A stretch of DNA of 61,137 nt from Nemertoderma westbladi (taxonomy: Eukaryota > Animalia > Xenacoelomorpha), in the NCBI GenBank assembly GCA_032718475.1, contig JAUCBJ010001781.1, positions 1 through 61,137 on the forward strand, read 5' to 3'. The notes below the pieces were generated by a model that saw nothing but the letters and a program-made list of their open reading frames with translations, was not told the origin of the DNA and ran no database searches. Below, in pieces: positions 1-43,496 of this stretch. Each line of letters opens with the position of its first letter. Position 1 is the stretch's first letter. The position numbers and the translations under genes were made by a program.

Positions 1-452
1 GGCCTTGTCAAGTCATTTCAAAAAATAATAGTTTATAAATTTGCAGATGAGAATAATATTATTTTGGAACCTCTAACAACGGACGACTATGCCGATAAAG
101 CACTTTTCACCTCAGTAGATTGTATACATTTCAGGCTAGACTTAACAAATTTTATCTATGGATTGATTTTGTAATAGATTTTCCGATTTCGGATTGACTA
201 AGTTCCTTTACAACAAGGAAAACTTCGATGAAGCAAGAACGATTATCAACGAAACAATATAGAGAACGATGAAATCCTTGGTGAATGTCAGCTCAACGTA
301 CGGACAGACAAGCAATCGTTCTTCTAGAAGTAAAATTAAAAGGTAAAGTTTCATTAATAATATTTCGTTGATACCAGTAGTAGTGACTAAAAGTGCTGAG
401 GAATAATAAATTATAGAAATTGTTGAAAATTATTATAAAGCATGGTTTTGAT

Positions 453-922
453 GGTTACTACGGTAACCAGGTAGTAAAATAATTTTATAAATTTGTTACA
501 ATTATACAAACCAATAATTTTTCATGAAGGTATGTCAGTACCAATAAGAATATTCCAATAAATACATATTTAAAGTTGAATACCAGTTGCTATGGCAACC
601 TTAAGTACAAAATATACCCCCCCCCCCCCCCACCCGGCGGCGCGCAAGAAATGAAGAGATATTATTATCTTGATCAGCATTATTGAATTTCCTAAAAAGA
701 AAAATTCTAACTTTTTATCTGAAATATAGGTGAAAAGTGTATATTTTAAATCGTCGCTGCTGGTAGCTATGGTAACTAGGTGATGTTAAAACCTACACAG
801 AATATAGGCAACTAACCAAATTATACCTGATTCAAGTTTTGACTTAATCGATATAAGTGTTCAGTTGTAAAATGCAAAATAAATGTATATATTGAAATTA
901 CATTACTGGTTGCTATGGTAAT
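453..922. repeat. Cluster of four X-box-like palindromes (GTTGCTATGGCAAC type), probably within a DNA-transposon relic
   Basis: ggttactacggtaacc (453), gttgctatggcaac (586), gtagctatggtaac (763), gttgctatggtaat (909). Confidence 0.5.
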
Positions 923-1081
923 TGGCAGCAAAAAAAATTTCCTCAAAAGGTAGAAAATTTACTAATCTAGAATTAGTGAAATTTTTGTGACCAGCAGATA
1001 AAGTGGGAAAAAGTTATTAAAGTTGAAAGTTACCCCACTAAATTTTTACGCCTGCAGCAGCATTCCGGGTCGTGTTATAGT

Positions 1082-1236
1082 AGGTCATGGTGCTACACAG
1101 GTAAATATGCTCTGGGTTACAGCAAAGGTGCTACACATGTAAGTATGCAGCTTGGACGCAGTAAAGGTGCTGCACAGGTAAATTTGCAGCTGTGTTACAA
1201 CATCAAAGGTGATACACAGGTAAATATGCAGCTGAG
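1082..1236. repeat. Degenerate ~39-bp tandem repeat, about 4 copies
   Basis: ggtgctacacaggtaaatatgcagct-like unit recurs at ~39-bp spacing. Confidence 0.7.
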
Positions 1237-1730
1237 TTTTTTATTTTTTTTTATTTTTTAAAATTTAGCTTGATGAATTAATTTTTATCTATTTTAAAAA
1301 AGTACTGTATTTCATCCGAAGTACAGGAAATATGACCCACGAAAGGATGGCTTAATCGGTGGATTATACGAGAAACTCATGATCTGAACTGAATGTTTGA
1401 CATCTGGGGTGTCGGCAGGGAAAAATATCTTTTTTTTCATGTAATAAATGGTTATTTATTAAATTGAAAACTTTTTCCGAGTCCGCCCCTGCCTAATTCA
1501 GTTCATCTGTGTCGTATTGCCTCTACATGGCCACTATACCAATCCTTCCACAGGTTGCGCATTAATGAACCAGAATTTGTTCTAACCGTACCTACTCAAT
1601 TGTTTATACGTAGTCCATTCATTATGCTGATGGACGTAGTGTCCTACACTAGCAATGCTATGAAGCCCACGTCAATCATTATGTTCTTCATACAGTTAAA
1701 TTAATTGAATTGAAGGAATTATTAATACTC

Positions 1731-2280
1731 CAGCTCACCCGGTAAGGTACCGGTATTTTATTTAATATAGGCACTCGGAGTGTGGATCATCAGACATTGA
1801 AGACCTTTAACTATTCAAAAAAATGTCTGCAATAGTAGTCCCTTGGTGTCTCACCGAAAGTTATTTAATACAAACACGCCAGCATTGCTAACAATGAATG
1901 TTTATTAGACTGTGACTACCTTTAATTATTACATGATGTGATTAACTGATTATTACTATACAGTTACAGTATTGTGCGATGTGATATTAATAATTCAGCT
2001 CACCCGGCCCCGGTAAGGTACCGACCGGTATTTTATTTAATATAGACATAATGTTCATCATACATTGAAGACCTTTAACTAAACTATTCAAAACAATGTC
2101 TGCAATTGTCCCTGTCTGACCGATAGTTATTGAATACAAACACGCCAGCATTGCTAACAATAAATGTTTATTAGACTGTGACTCACCTTTAATTATTACA
2201 TGATGTGATTATTACTTTACTATACAGTTACAGTATTATGGGATGTGATTGTTATGTACTTAACCGACACCTGGTAAGGT
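1731..2280. repeat. ~265-bp direct tandem duplication
   Basis: cagctcacccgg...ggtattttatttaatatag...acaaacacgccagcattgctaaca...tacagttacagtatt occurs at ~1731 and ~1997. Confidence 0.85.
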
Positions 2281-4265
2281 CGCTTTACACCACGCCACAC
2301 AGTAATAATCAATGTTATCAGAATTGGATTATTTTGTTAACAATTTCATGCAATAAATTTGGCACATGTTTGGGGCCATCGTGCAGCCGCAGTACTGTGT
2401 GTTACCACCGAACAGTTACAATTTTGGTCTACCCGCCAAATGCCCATGTTATACGGGTCACACTAATCATATGCCATACCATATTTTCTTACATCTTACC
2501 ACACTCTGAGTTCCAAAGGACCGTCTGTCGTTATTTACACAAGTCGTTATCCAGCCATACAGAAGATGTACTACGACGTAGTGTATAACCCTTTTGTTTT
2601 GTTTTAACATCAGTGCACTTCAGTACACTGCACTTGCACTAGTGCGATTTGTGTATTGGTATTACAATAATGTACTGAAGTGACCATCAAATTTTTTATT
2701 TTTTTCCCCTCTGACCTATACGTCTGTGTAGTACTGTATTTTAATTCAACAGAATATAAAACAAATTGACACACAATGAAATCAATGAAAGTGACACCTA
2801 CACTGGAACTAAATTTCAAATTTTTACTTGATTAATTTTACTGACCATCAAATAAATTACATATAAATACATGGAAGTTGGAATGGAAACATTTTATTTT
2901 CGAAAATTGACATATTTTTGATTGTGGCATAAAATCCAAAATCGGAATTATAAAGTAGCCCAGTTAGTTAAAGGTAAAGATTGTGGCACATTTTTATAGG
3001 AAAATGATGTAGAATTTATATTTTTGTATTTTTGACACATTAATTATTAATGCTTGCACTTTGTTTACTTTACCTATGAGCTACGCGGTTCAATAATTGT
3101 AGTTCAGTGTATTTGGCTTTTTATCAGATAATATAGCGGCATTATTATTTGATTCGATTCAGTTATTTACGTCCTTTGTTCTTTAAGATTTCAATATCAA
3201 AGGAAGTCATTACTATTGTATTGATGAGTTAGACCCCCTGCTCTGTAGCAACTAATGTATATAAGGTATAACTGTGGGAACTAGACCTATAGTGAAATAT
3301 TAAGGTCTGGGTTCATTTATACATGTTTCAGTAACTGTCACTCATAAAAATGTAATGGGTGGTGTGTATATGCACACTCGCTTATCACCAAGTATTAATG
3401 GCATTTGTATATATACACTTGCATTATAATGAGATGATATTTTTCTTGTTGGCGTCACTGTGTCCAGACGTATTGTAAATTTTTAACTCCAAATCAAAGT
3501 ATATTGGGTATAGGTTTGGATGTTGTGGTGTTGTGCACAGCTATTGCCTGTAGTAGTATGTACTTTGCCTTAGCAGGCAGTGTAATGGTAAATAGTCAAA
3601 GTGGTCAACTATATTACTACATGTAAAAACTTACCCAAACAATACATACCCATGGGTTGCATTGACAGTGGACAGTGCCGTTTTAATGGTGATGATGCGC
3701 TGGTTGTTGTCCACGGCTAAACACTTAAACAGTGGCCTCATGAAAATTTAAGCTTTTGTAATTTGCTTATGCTTAATGCATACAGCACAAGTACAAATTG
3801 GCATTAAACAGCAGTGCTTTATACTTTATATATGTAGTTTATACTTTATATATAGTCTTAACAGAAATTGTGTAACACATTGAAATAATAGCTTACCAAA
3901 TTTCCGCTCGTGCTTGTTAGATCGCCTTTCATTGCAACATCTCAATTAATTTAGAAAAATTTCCGCTGGCTTTTTGTCAGTCTATAGGAATTTTAGAATA
4001 AGATAAAAGGTAGTCTTTCTGACGCTTCACTGAGACATGCCTACATGTTGTGTTACATTTCACTATCAAAACATTTCAGTATTAAAAACTCATGAGGAAT
4101 TACACACCCCAAACAATCACAGCCATGTAGTGGGCAAATTAAACAAATTCAGATCCGACACTTTAGCATCGAGAGTGAAAATTGATCTTCATGTAACATC
4201 ATGTAACATATAAAATCATAAATCACTCTATTTACGTTTTATAAATGACATGTTTTTGTTCCTAG

Positions 4266-33313
<29,048 letters not shown>

Positions 33314-33364
33314 CAGCAGCGGATAACTGCTAAATGGGTACTTGTGCTGCGTCCGTGCGGTTTA

Positions 33365-33780
33365 AATAACTGTAAGCAGGCAGTACGAGAAATAACTGCA
33401 GATAATACGAGAAATAACTGCAGACAATACGAGAAATAACTGCAGACAATAAGATAAATAACTGCAGACAATACGAGAAATAACTGCAGACAATACGAGA
33501 AATAACTGCAGATAATACGAGAAATAACTGCAGACAATACGAGTAATAACTGCAGACAATACGAGAAATAACTGCAGACAATACGAGAAATAACTACAGA
33601 CAATACGAGAAATAACTGCAGATAATACGAGAAATAACTGCAGATAATACGAGAAATAACTGCAGACAATACGAGAAATAACTGCAGACAATACGAGAAA
33701 TAACTGCAAATAATACGAGAAATAACTGCAGACAATACGAGAAATAACTGCAGACAATACGAGGATAAATGCAGACAGTA
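33365..33780. repeat. 22-bp minisatellite (~18 copies) in the presumptive RTK 3' UTR
   Basis: Unit acgagaaataactgcagacaat. Confidence 0.92.
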
Positions 33781-33839
33781 ACAGAAGCAACTGCTGGGTG
33801 ACAGTATGAGAAATACAGTACACTACTTATGAGAGTTTA

Positions 33840-36800
33840 TTATTTTTAGCCAATGATTTGCTCGCTTTACGAATAAAACGTACTTTAATTAAGAAAAAAA
33901 AAATTTAATTTCTATTTCTATTTTCGATAACAATTTGTCACACACAATGCATGCTATAGGAAGTAATGAGATAATAATATTACCAGTTAAGCATTATGTG
34001 TGAATGGTGGCTGACACAGGAGATCCTATTATTTCAACAACCATACACAACATAAACACACTATTCTACAACTACTATAACTATATAATTGTAATATATT
34101 AGGTAAATACAAATACTAAGAAATGTTACAGTTATTTGGACAATAAAACAAAATATAAGATTTATTAATTTGAATTTAAAATGTAATTTTTCAACTTATT
34201 TTTAAAACTACCTATGCTATTTGACTGTCGCACTATAAGTGGTAAACTGTTCCATATTATTGGCGAAACGGAGTAAATAGATTGTTCACGAACTCTACTT
34301 GAATTACGAAATCGAAAGCAATTTTGAAATTGGGCGTTTCTGGTTTGATGATTATGTATAGATGAAACCTGTGTGAGGAGGGAAGGAAAAACACCACGGG
34401 GAAGTAAACCATTGACATACTTGTAGGAAATCAATGCAATTTGAAATATAAAGATTTTACCTAATGATAATGGTGCAAATGAAGGGTCACGTCGATTTAT
34501 AATATTTTGGACTTTCTGTTGCTTCTTATGCAGAGTTGCAATTGAGATACGGGGAGAATCCGATGTACTCATTTTCTTTCGTTTTTTCTCCTTTGCCGAG
34601 GGTGAGGCAGTGGATTAGTAGGTGGGTGATTGGATATGTCCAGGGTTGACTTTCCCCATACCGATGTACAATAAAACAAATAGGGATGGATTAGTGCATA
34701 ATACAAATGTGATAATGCTTCAATAGATGCAAAAGATTTGATCCTATTGATAACACCTATGTTCTTACAAATTTTATTATTTATTTTATAAAAGTGGTGT
34801 TTCCAATTTAATTTTTCATCAATTATTACTCCCAAAAATTTGGCATATTTGACCTGTTGTATTTGTACGTTATTAATAGATAATGATTCACCTGGCGATA
34901 TCGCTTTGTTACCTGGTTGGAAAAGAATGAAATTGGTTTTATCTAAATTTAAAGATAATCGATTTGCACAAAACCACTGATTAATTTTTTCGAGTTCAAT
35001 GTTTGTATTTCTAATAAGGTTGGAGATGTTAGCGTCACCATTTACAATGTTGGTGTCATCAGCAAAAAGTAGGAAATTTAAAATACGGGATATATTGGTT
35101 AAGTCATTGCAATACAGCAAGAATAACAGAGGCCCTAATATAGATCCCTGCGGAACACCATATTCTATGTTTACTAAATCAGATCTTTTGCCGTCAATGA
35201 CAACAAACTGTTTTCGATCCTGCAAATAATTTTCAAACCATTTCAAAGCAGTTCAATTGATCCCATAATGTTTCAATTTTTTTAGTAAAATATTATGGTT
35301 AACAGTATCAAAGGCCTTAGAAAGGTTAATTGATACTGCTAATGCTATATGAAGTGTGAAGTAATTTTATCCAAAAGAGTTAGTAATGCTAATTCAGTAG
35401 ATCTGTTCAACCGAAAACCAAATTGTGAGTGGGATAATATGTCTTGAAGTTCTAAGTATTCTTAAAGTTGATTTTGTACCACTTTCTCTAAAAGCTTTGA
35501 AAAAAAATGGGAGAACTGAAATTGGTCGATAGTTTATAGGGGAAGTGGCATCGTTAGCTTTAAATACTGGAATAACTTTTGCGATTTTGAGATCATCGGG
35601 AACTATTCCAGTGCGAAGGGAGGAGTTGATTATATAGGTAATGGGTTTGATTATAGCAGACAGAGTTGGCATAGCAACAGTGGCGTTGATGTCATCATGC
35701 CCAGGGCTCTAGTCTTGGATTTCAAATTATTTGCAGTAAGTAAAATATCTGATATTGAGACTTCCTGAAATTCAATAAGACGATTAGGTTAAGAGGGTGA
35801 AGATAAATATTGTAAAGGGCATTGAGATACAGTTGGAATTTTTGATTCAAGATTTTTCCAACATTGGCATAATAGTTATTAAATGCTGATGCTATTTTAC
35901 GAGGTTCAGTTTCAGATTGAGAATTGTGAATAATAAGTCGGGGAGCAGAATTTTTTGATATTTTACGATTGATTATAAAATTTATAGATTGCCATAATTG
36001 TCTTATCGTTTGTTTTTTACCGTCAAGGGAATTTTGAAAATATTTTACTTTTGCGGTTCTAATAATGTTTCTTAGTGCATTACGATAGGTAGTAAATTTT
36101 TTTTATGTATACAATGTAACAAATTTTCAGGAATCCATGGGGTTTTAGGGTTGGAGATTTTAATGCGCTTAATAGGGAAGGACTCGTTATACAGCTTGCT
36201 ATAGGTTGATATAAAGGCTTTATACAAACCGTCAGTGTCATTCTCATTTATTTCCATCAACAATATAGATTCCCAGTCAGTTTCAGTTAATTTTCGTTTA
36301 AATTCATTAATTTGATCAGGAAGACACTGTCGCTTAAATATAAATTTTTTATTTTTATTTGATAGAGGTGAATTTGATGATAAGGAGCTTAATAAGAATA
36401 TTGGTAGGTGGTCTGTAATCCCAGTTACCAGAATACCAGATTTTGATGAATTGGCAAATGTGTTAACAAAAATATTATCAATGAGAGTGGCTGTAGTTTC
36501 TGTTATTCTAGTGGGTTTGGAAATAGTCGGATGGAAATCATAAGAAGTCATAAGGTTGGAAAAAGTCAGTTGATTGTGTATGTCGATCTATTTTAAGAAG
36601 GTCAATATTCCAGTCCCCCATGATATAGCATACCTTGCCCTCCTCGTTAATTTTATTTAAGACAGTATCTAGTGCTTTAATGCTGTCGTGAATACATCGG
36701 CCTGGGGGACGATAAATAACTCCAAGGATTATATTTTTTTATTTTTGTTGAGGAATTTCAACAAAAACAGTTTCTATGTCAGCGCAGTTATTTTTCGAAA

Positions 36801-37430
36801 GAACCTTTCTAGGCTTTACTGCAATTGAGTCTTTTACATATAGACCAACACCACCGCCTTCCTGGTTTTCCCTACAAAAGGTATAAGATTTAAATCCTGG
36901 AAATTCATATGTTTTCAGGTCATGTTTGTCGTCATGTAACCAAGTTTCCGAAATCCCAATAGCATCAAATTTACAGTCTAGTTGAATTAAGTAATTGCTA
37001 ATATCATCGAAATTTGCAGGCAAACTACGAGCATTAAAATGAATAAGTGAAAAGTCTTTTTTTATGTTTACACCTTTACAAATTGCATTAAAGTCATCTG
37101 AAAATAAATAACTACGTTTTGTAATGTCATTAAAATCAGAAAACAAATTTACATCAGGATTAAAGTCAAAATCGAAATCCCTATGGTCGTTGTTGAGATG
37201 ATAAGGTTCAAGAAACATCGAATCTAGAGCTGAAATATTGAGGTTAACAGGAAGGCGGTAGTCAAAAATAGTGTATTTATACTCCTCATCATCATCAAAT
37301 AACTATAAAAGGTAGTGATTGCGCCATGCACGTAGGACAGTACCACGGCAGTACTGACCTTTGAAAATCAATATAGTCCCTGGGGGCTATATAAGGCTTG
37401 ATGCATTTACGGTGGTACCATAGCAGACAA
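33840..37430 (-). mobile_element. Decayed CR1/L2-group LINE ORF2 (endonuclease + RT), frameshifted; ends approximate
   Basis: Collinear fragments: HFNARSL/ISETWL/GGGVGLY (36739-37218), PTRIT..LIDNIF..TDHLPI (36072-36551), NYRPISVLP (35394-35672), GVPQGSILGPLLF/FADDT/KFLGV (34569-35246), IWNSLP (34165-34572). Confidence 0.9.
33872..33877 (+). promoter_or_regulatory. Candidate polyadenylation signal of the RTK
   Basis: First AATAAA seen downstream of the stop codon and the 22-bp array. Confidence 0.35.
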
Positions 37431-39938
37431 ATTTCACAGAAAATTGCTTGGTGAGTAGTTTTCACCTCAGTGCGACAGTCGCTACATGTAGACCTACTAT
37501 TAGTTTCATCAACACATGCACTAGTTTGAAATGACCGTTACCGTTAATTAGAAATTACCGAGAAATTACCGTTAATGAACTGGTACATTATTTGCGGGCA
37601 GTGCTAATTTATATTTACCTAGTGCAGGTTTATGTAATTCATATATTTATCTTGAATGTTTTGTGGCTTTTTTCATTTTATTATTTATAAGTTAAAAGTA
37701 ACCCAAATTAGGGTAATTTTTCATACTGTATATTATTTTCTGAATTTTTTTGACTCATATTTAATTACTTTTTATATCTTGGTTTTAATTAATAGACATC
37801 ATGTTAGCCATTGTGTGTCATTATATTAGTGCTCACTGTGCCTTGTTGCGATTTTAAAACGAGAAAACAAAATTAATTGTTGTCTTTGTATATACTGTAG
37901 GATAGTGTCTTAACGCATCTTAGTTAAAACTGAAAACCAACCAACTGAGTTACCGCATCTTAGTTATAAGTGAAAACTAACCAACTGAGGCGGTGTTTTT
38001 TAGCTGCAGTACTTTACTGTTAACTTGTCTTTCATCATTGGTAACATCATTGTTTTTAATTGCGCATTTTTTATATTAATCTGTTCACAGTTTTAGCTTA
38101 ACTACCTGATATCAGACAACTGAATTTTTTGCCTATCACCTTAGCCCTTATTTATTATTATTAAATTGAATGAATTGTTATACTGTAGTTTTCGTAAAGT
38201 AGTTATAGATTATACTGCATTATCTTTTTAAATACTAAACATGTTTATATAATAAATATTTGTTCTTTAAATTGAATTTTTATTTTGCTCTTTAGGTAAA
38301 GTTTCATGATTTATTGATCTTTAAAATCCTTCGTGAGAAAAATACGTGTCACGTTTTTCCGCAAACATAAAGTACCGCGTGATATTACAAATTAGCTTAC
38401 ACATTATGTAAGGTCTAGAAGTGAGAATAAATAATCTTTGGGAGACCGAGTTTATAATGCTCTAAAATAAATTCAGGAATAATATACCTAAAGTATTAAT
38501 TAATTTAATTAATGAACCAGAAAGAACCGGCGAGGAAAAAATCAGAATGAGAGTTGGAAAATGGGAACTATGTATTGATGGTTACTGCGTTGATGACTGA
38601 TTACGTAACACAGTGTAACATATATATTTCAGTTTCTGAGCAAATTACTTATTTTTGGACGCTCTGGGACTTTCTTTCCGTTCGCAATCAATCAGTATGC
38701 ATTGTATAAAAATAAAAAAATACCTCAAAACACCCCAAAATACGAAAAAATAAGCCAACAATGTTTATTAACGGCGTGGGAAATGAGCAGGTTACAGGGC
38801 AAGTTTTTCTAACCAAAACAATAAACGAGAGTGAAGAAAATTGTTTAATTTTTTTGGGGTAATTCGTCATTTTGCAATAGTTTGGGGTAAATTAAATTTC
38901 CAAAACAAAGTCTCAAAAACAAGTATTTTGGGGTAATTCTAAACTAATCAATTCTGTATGTCACGGTCAGAACGTGCTGCACGATGGTTTCTTAAACCTT
39001 TCAATGGATTGTTTCAGTATCTCGCATACTGCGCGAAGGTCTTTTAAACGTTTCATTAGATTGATTCAGTATACAACGTGCTGCACGAGCACGATCGGGG
39101 CCGTATTTAGGGGGGGGGGGGGGGGGGGCGAAGGGGCCGAGGCCCCCGGCCCCCCACCACGATCCCACAACTATAGGGATCGACCGAACTATAGAGGAGC
39201 TGAACCGGAACCGAAATGAAACCGAACGTGGCAATTTTGAATTTTAACACTTATAAATTGAGCCCTTGGGGGTGGGCAGCAATCTTTATTCGTCATAAGT
39301 TGTACTTCCAGGGTATTAAAGTTTATAAAGATATAGATTGGTGTTCCATTATACCTACCTGATGTCTACGAGCCACCAGATTCATCCCCATAATGCATCC
39401 CTAAACCTTATGGCGAAATTACAGTCACCAATGTTGTGTAACAAACCATGGCTTTATAATGGGCCTCGTTTAGGAAAAAATTTTTATTACAAAACAGGAC
39501 GAGCGACGAGGGCAATGAGGCATATAATGAAGACGAGTACTGCTATCTAAAATTTTCCCTGTAAAACAGGTTACAGTTTTATTTTTAGTAGTAAACAAGC
39601 TGTTATTTTCGTCGATTTTCACCTAGGGAGGGAAGAATATTGATTGCGATCCCCCCCCCCCCCCCCACCCCCCTTTACCTTCCCATTTCCCATTATCATC
39701 ACGGTCGCGCATATACAGATATAGTAGTCTGTCAAAAGACATAATTCATTTACACTACAGCACTATAATAATTAATTACAATAATTCTAAAAATATAAGG
39801 CAGATTATCCTAAAGTTAGCTCTATATACTTTAGCAATCTTATACAAGACTTATAAAATAATAATTGATGTTGAATGATTATTATTAAAATTAAAATATA
39901 TTATTAGGAATTCGAAGAAAGCGAATTCTATTGAGTTA

Positions 39939-40439
39939 GGCCCCCCTCACACGGAGCAACTTGTTTCTGCAACTTGTTTCCGAAACTTGTTGCTGGACCC
40001 CCTCACACACAGAAACTTGTTGCTGCAACTTGTTTCAGCAACTTGTTTCCGAAACTTGTTTCTGCAACTTGTTGCTGGACCCCCTCACACACAGAAACTT
40101 GTTGCTGAAGAAAATAACAATTATTTCCAAATAAATAGCTAACATGTCCAGTCATTTGTATATAATATCACATCACTCAAATTATCTAATATTAGCTAGT
40201 ATGAAAATGGAATGTAATAAAAGTTTTTCAAAAAGTTGCTGGGAATATAACTTCCAGCAACTTGTTGCTGGACTCCCTCACACATAGAAATAAGTTGCGG
40301 AAACAAGTTGCAGAAACTTGTTGCTGGAGTCCTCACACACAGAAACAAGTTTCGGAAACAAGTTGCAGCAACAAGTTTCTGTGTGTGAGGGGGTCCAGCA
40401 ACAAGTTTCAGAAACAAGTTGCTCCGTGTGAGGGGGGCC
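39939..40439. mobile_element. PIF/Harbinger (Tourist-like) palindromic MITE
   Basis: Perfect termini ggcccccctcacacggagcaacttgtttctg; TTA duplicated at 39936-39938 and 40440-40442; internal aacttgtt subrepeats. Confidence 0.88.
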
Positions 40440-40759
40440 TTAGTATTGGCAGGTTAATCTCACAAACCAGTCTAACTTTCCAGTAGCCTCGTTCGCATTG
40501 TTCCAGGTTTATAGACTCCACCGTCTGACCGCCTTCGTTCCAGGTTTAATAGACACCGTTGTCGCGTTGTCCGTCTCGATCGCTATTCACCATATCGTAC
40601 TGGGTTTAATAAACTCCGTCGCCTTCTTGTCGTTCTGTGTTTTGTAGATTACCTCGGTATACCTCGCCATCGTATAACTTGAAATTATGTTTTGTTTACT
40701 TTCGATTCTTCCATTTTTTGATCAGATGTTTTTATACTGATATAAGCAGGAAGATGGCA

Positions 40760-42142
40760 TAAATTTCAAATTACCGACAGAGGTCAATCTGTAGTCATTA
40801 GCTAATCGCAGTCTACTGTACAAGAGATTACCTGCGGTGTACCGCAAGGTAGTATATTAGGTCCTCTGCTTTTTGTATGCTATGTAAATGATATGATAAG
40901 TAGTATAGATCCCGATTTTAAACTCATTTTATATGCCGACGACAGTGCTCTTATTTTCTCTCATAAAGATCCTATCCATATTTCCCAAAAGTTAAGTGCA
41001 GTTCTAGAATCCTGTAATGAGTGGTTGGTTGATAATAAGCTATCCATTCACTACGGTAAGACTGAAAGTATTTTGTTTGGTTCCAAAAGAAAGTTAAAGA
41101 AGGTAACTAAGTTTGAAGTCACTAGTAATGGACATAAGATTGAAAATAAAAAGGAAGTTAAATATTTAGGCGCCACATTGGATAACTGCTTATCAGGAGA
41201 AAGCACAGTGAAAAATATTTTCTCGAAAGTTAATAGTAGGCTTAGGTTTCTATACAGAAATAGAAATAGTTTGAACACCGACTCCCGCAAGTTACTTTGC
41301 TCTTCTTTAAAACAGTGTCACATGGACTATGCGTGCTCTTCTTGGTATGAAGGCTTAACCAAACAGCTTAAATGTAAATTACAAGTAGCTCAGAATAAAG
41401 TAGTACGATTTATTAAAGACTACAAACCTAGGCACCACCTAACTCCAGATGACTTTTCTGAATCTGGACTACTTAACTTAGATAGTAGAGTTAAGCAGCT
41501 ACGCCTTAACCATGTGCATAAAGTGTATAATGGTAAATGTCCCAATTACCTAAAACAAAAATTCAACAGAGTACGCGATACACACTCTTACAGTACCAGA
41601 GCTAGTGCTTCAAACTTCTACCTCCCGAATTGTAAATCCTTTGAATCTGATACTTTCTTTTTTAACGGCATTAAAAATTGGAACGCTCTGCCTAATGAAA
41701 TTAAAAACCTAGATAATCAACATTCTTTTAAATCTGCAGTTAAATCTCACCTCCGTGTGCAATGTAAAAATAGGTACAATAGTCCTACAGTAAGTTATTA
41801 GTTTATTAATTATTTACTATTTATACTGTAGTTATGTTTTATATTAAATTGTTCTGTACATTACATCTTTATCGTTGAGTCGGGTATTGTCACGCTCTCG
41901 GTAAAATTGTACATGTACATAGTGTAATTACGTTTTATATTGGTTTTAGGTTAGCGTAGTGTAATATTGTATTTGTAACCAAGTAACATAAAGGACCCCC
42001 TTCCCCTTGGAAATAAGCTGCAAAGCTTTAGGGGTAATCATATATGTTATGTTGGACAATACCTTTATACCGGTACATTGTTTTGTGTATTTGTTATTGT
42101 TTTTACATAATGTATAAATAAATCTATCTATTTATCTATCTA
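40760..42142 (+). mobile_element. 5'-truncated CR1/L2-group LINE (RT C-terminal ORF 40893-41801)
   Basis: CGVPQGSILGPLLF upstream, LYADDS, VKYLG, KNWNALP; ends in ataaataaa followed by an (atct)n-like tail. Confidence 0.88.
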
Positions 42143-43496
42143 CCTAGTGTAATATAGGGATGTGAGTCTTCCGGAACTATGTTTTTCAAGGAAATTTTCG
42201 AAAATTTTGCGGAAAAGTATATGTCATCTGTAGTTACGACCGTAAGAGCCAAGACAACGAATTACCTAAACAGATCTTAGCAGGAATCCCTTGTTTTTAG
42301 TGTTTACTCTCCTCGGGCCCGTATCGTGCGGGGGGGTGGGGCTTTGGGGGCACTGCCCCCCAGAGAAGTCTCAATGCCCCCCCCCCCCAGACATGTATTG
42401 ATTGTTCACTCGTCTTGTTCACAATTAATTAATTATAATATTTTTGGTGATCAATATTATTGGATTCACATACTCCTGCCCACTGACCTGACCGGACTCC
42501 CCACCATTCCATTTGGTCAAATTCCTATAATACTACATGACATTAAATATACCTACCTACCTGTAATAATTACTAAAACTACTCGAAAGCTCTAGGTTCT
42601 CTCATTGGCTACCAGGGTGGAGGGGTTGTTTGTTGTTGACCCATTGTTTATTTGCTTGTAGTTTATTTGTAGTATTGTACTTTGGTCTGTTAATTTGCTT
42701 TGCAGCACGTGATATAAACTTATGTAAGTGTAATTTTGAAAGAAAAATAAGCAAAATCTAAGCAGATGCCCTTGATCACTTTATACCAGCCTACAGTAGA
42801 GGCAGGCTTGAAAACTGCAGTCGATTTAACCCTTGTGCTCTCTTTGAGGTCATTTTTGACCCATCAAAGATTTAAACTTACACAATTTTATCACACATTG
42901 ATATTTTATCTCGAAATTTTGTAGAGTCTCTTACTTGTGTTATACTTTACTGCTATATGTTTGCAGAATGTGCTTAATAAAGTAATTAATTAAATAGGAA
43001 ATTTCCCGAAAATGTACAGGAAATACATAAAAATGTATGGAAAATTTCAGGAAAAATGTATTCACAATTTTTGTAGGGAAAGGAGCAGGCTACAGTACAT
43101 AGGCAGGCTTTTCTAACTAAAACAATAAGGGTAAGGAAAGGGTAAGGAGCAGGTTACAGAGGCGGCCTCTTCCAACCAAAACAATAAACGATCACTTTAA
43201 CAAAAACCAAAACTATACACGGCCACTTTACCAATTGAAGGAAAGGAGCAGGTTACAGAGGCGGACTTTTCTAACCAAAACAATAAACGATCACTTTACT
43301 AATTGAGGGAAACCATATGGTCAGACAGACAGTAGAAAAATTCTGACAACATGAGTTTGTAGGTCTGCTGGTCTAAAACTACATCTCTAATCGAAGCTGT
43401 AGTCAGGGTTAGGTTGTGTTTATACACCTGTACACCAATACTGGTGAACCGGTACCCTACAATAAATAACAGTTGACAGTAATAGTAGTAATACGG

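Noticed and set aside
47-342. Exon-like segment containing SDFGLTK (kinase DFG look-alike)
   Set aside because: In-frame stops, no other kinase motifs, and it cannot be joined to the SRCR exon; probably chance or a TE relic.
2205-2588. 127-aa ORF as a possible upstream RTK exon
   Set aside because: Begins inside a local duplication; no SRCR or signal-peptide features and no convincing splice sites.
42827-42870. piggyBac-like start TTAACCC
   Set aside because: No matching right terminus or transposase found.
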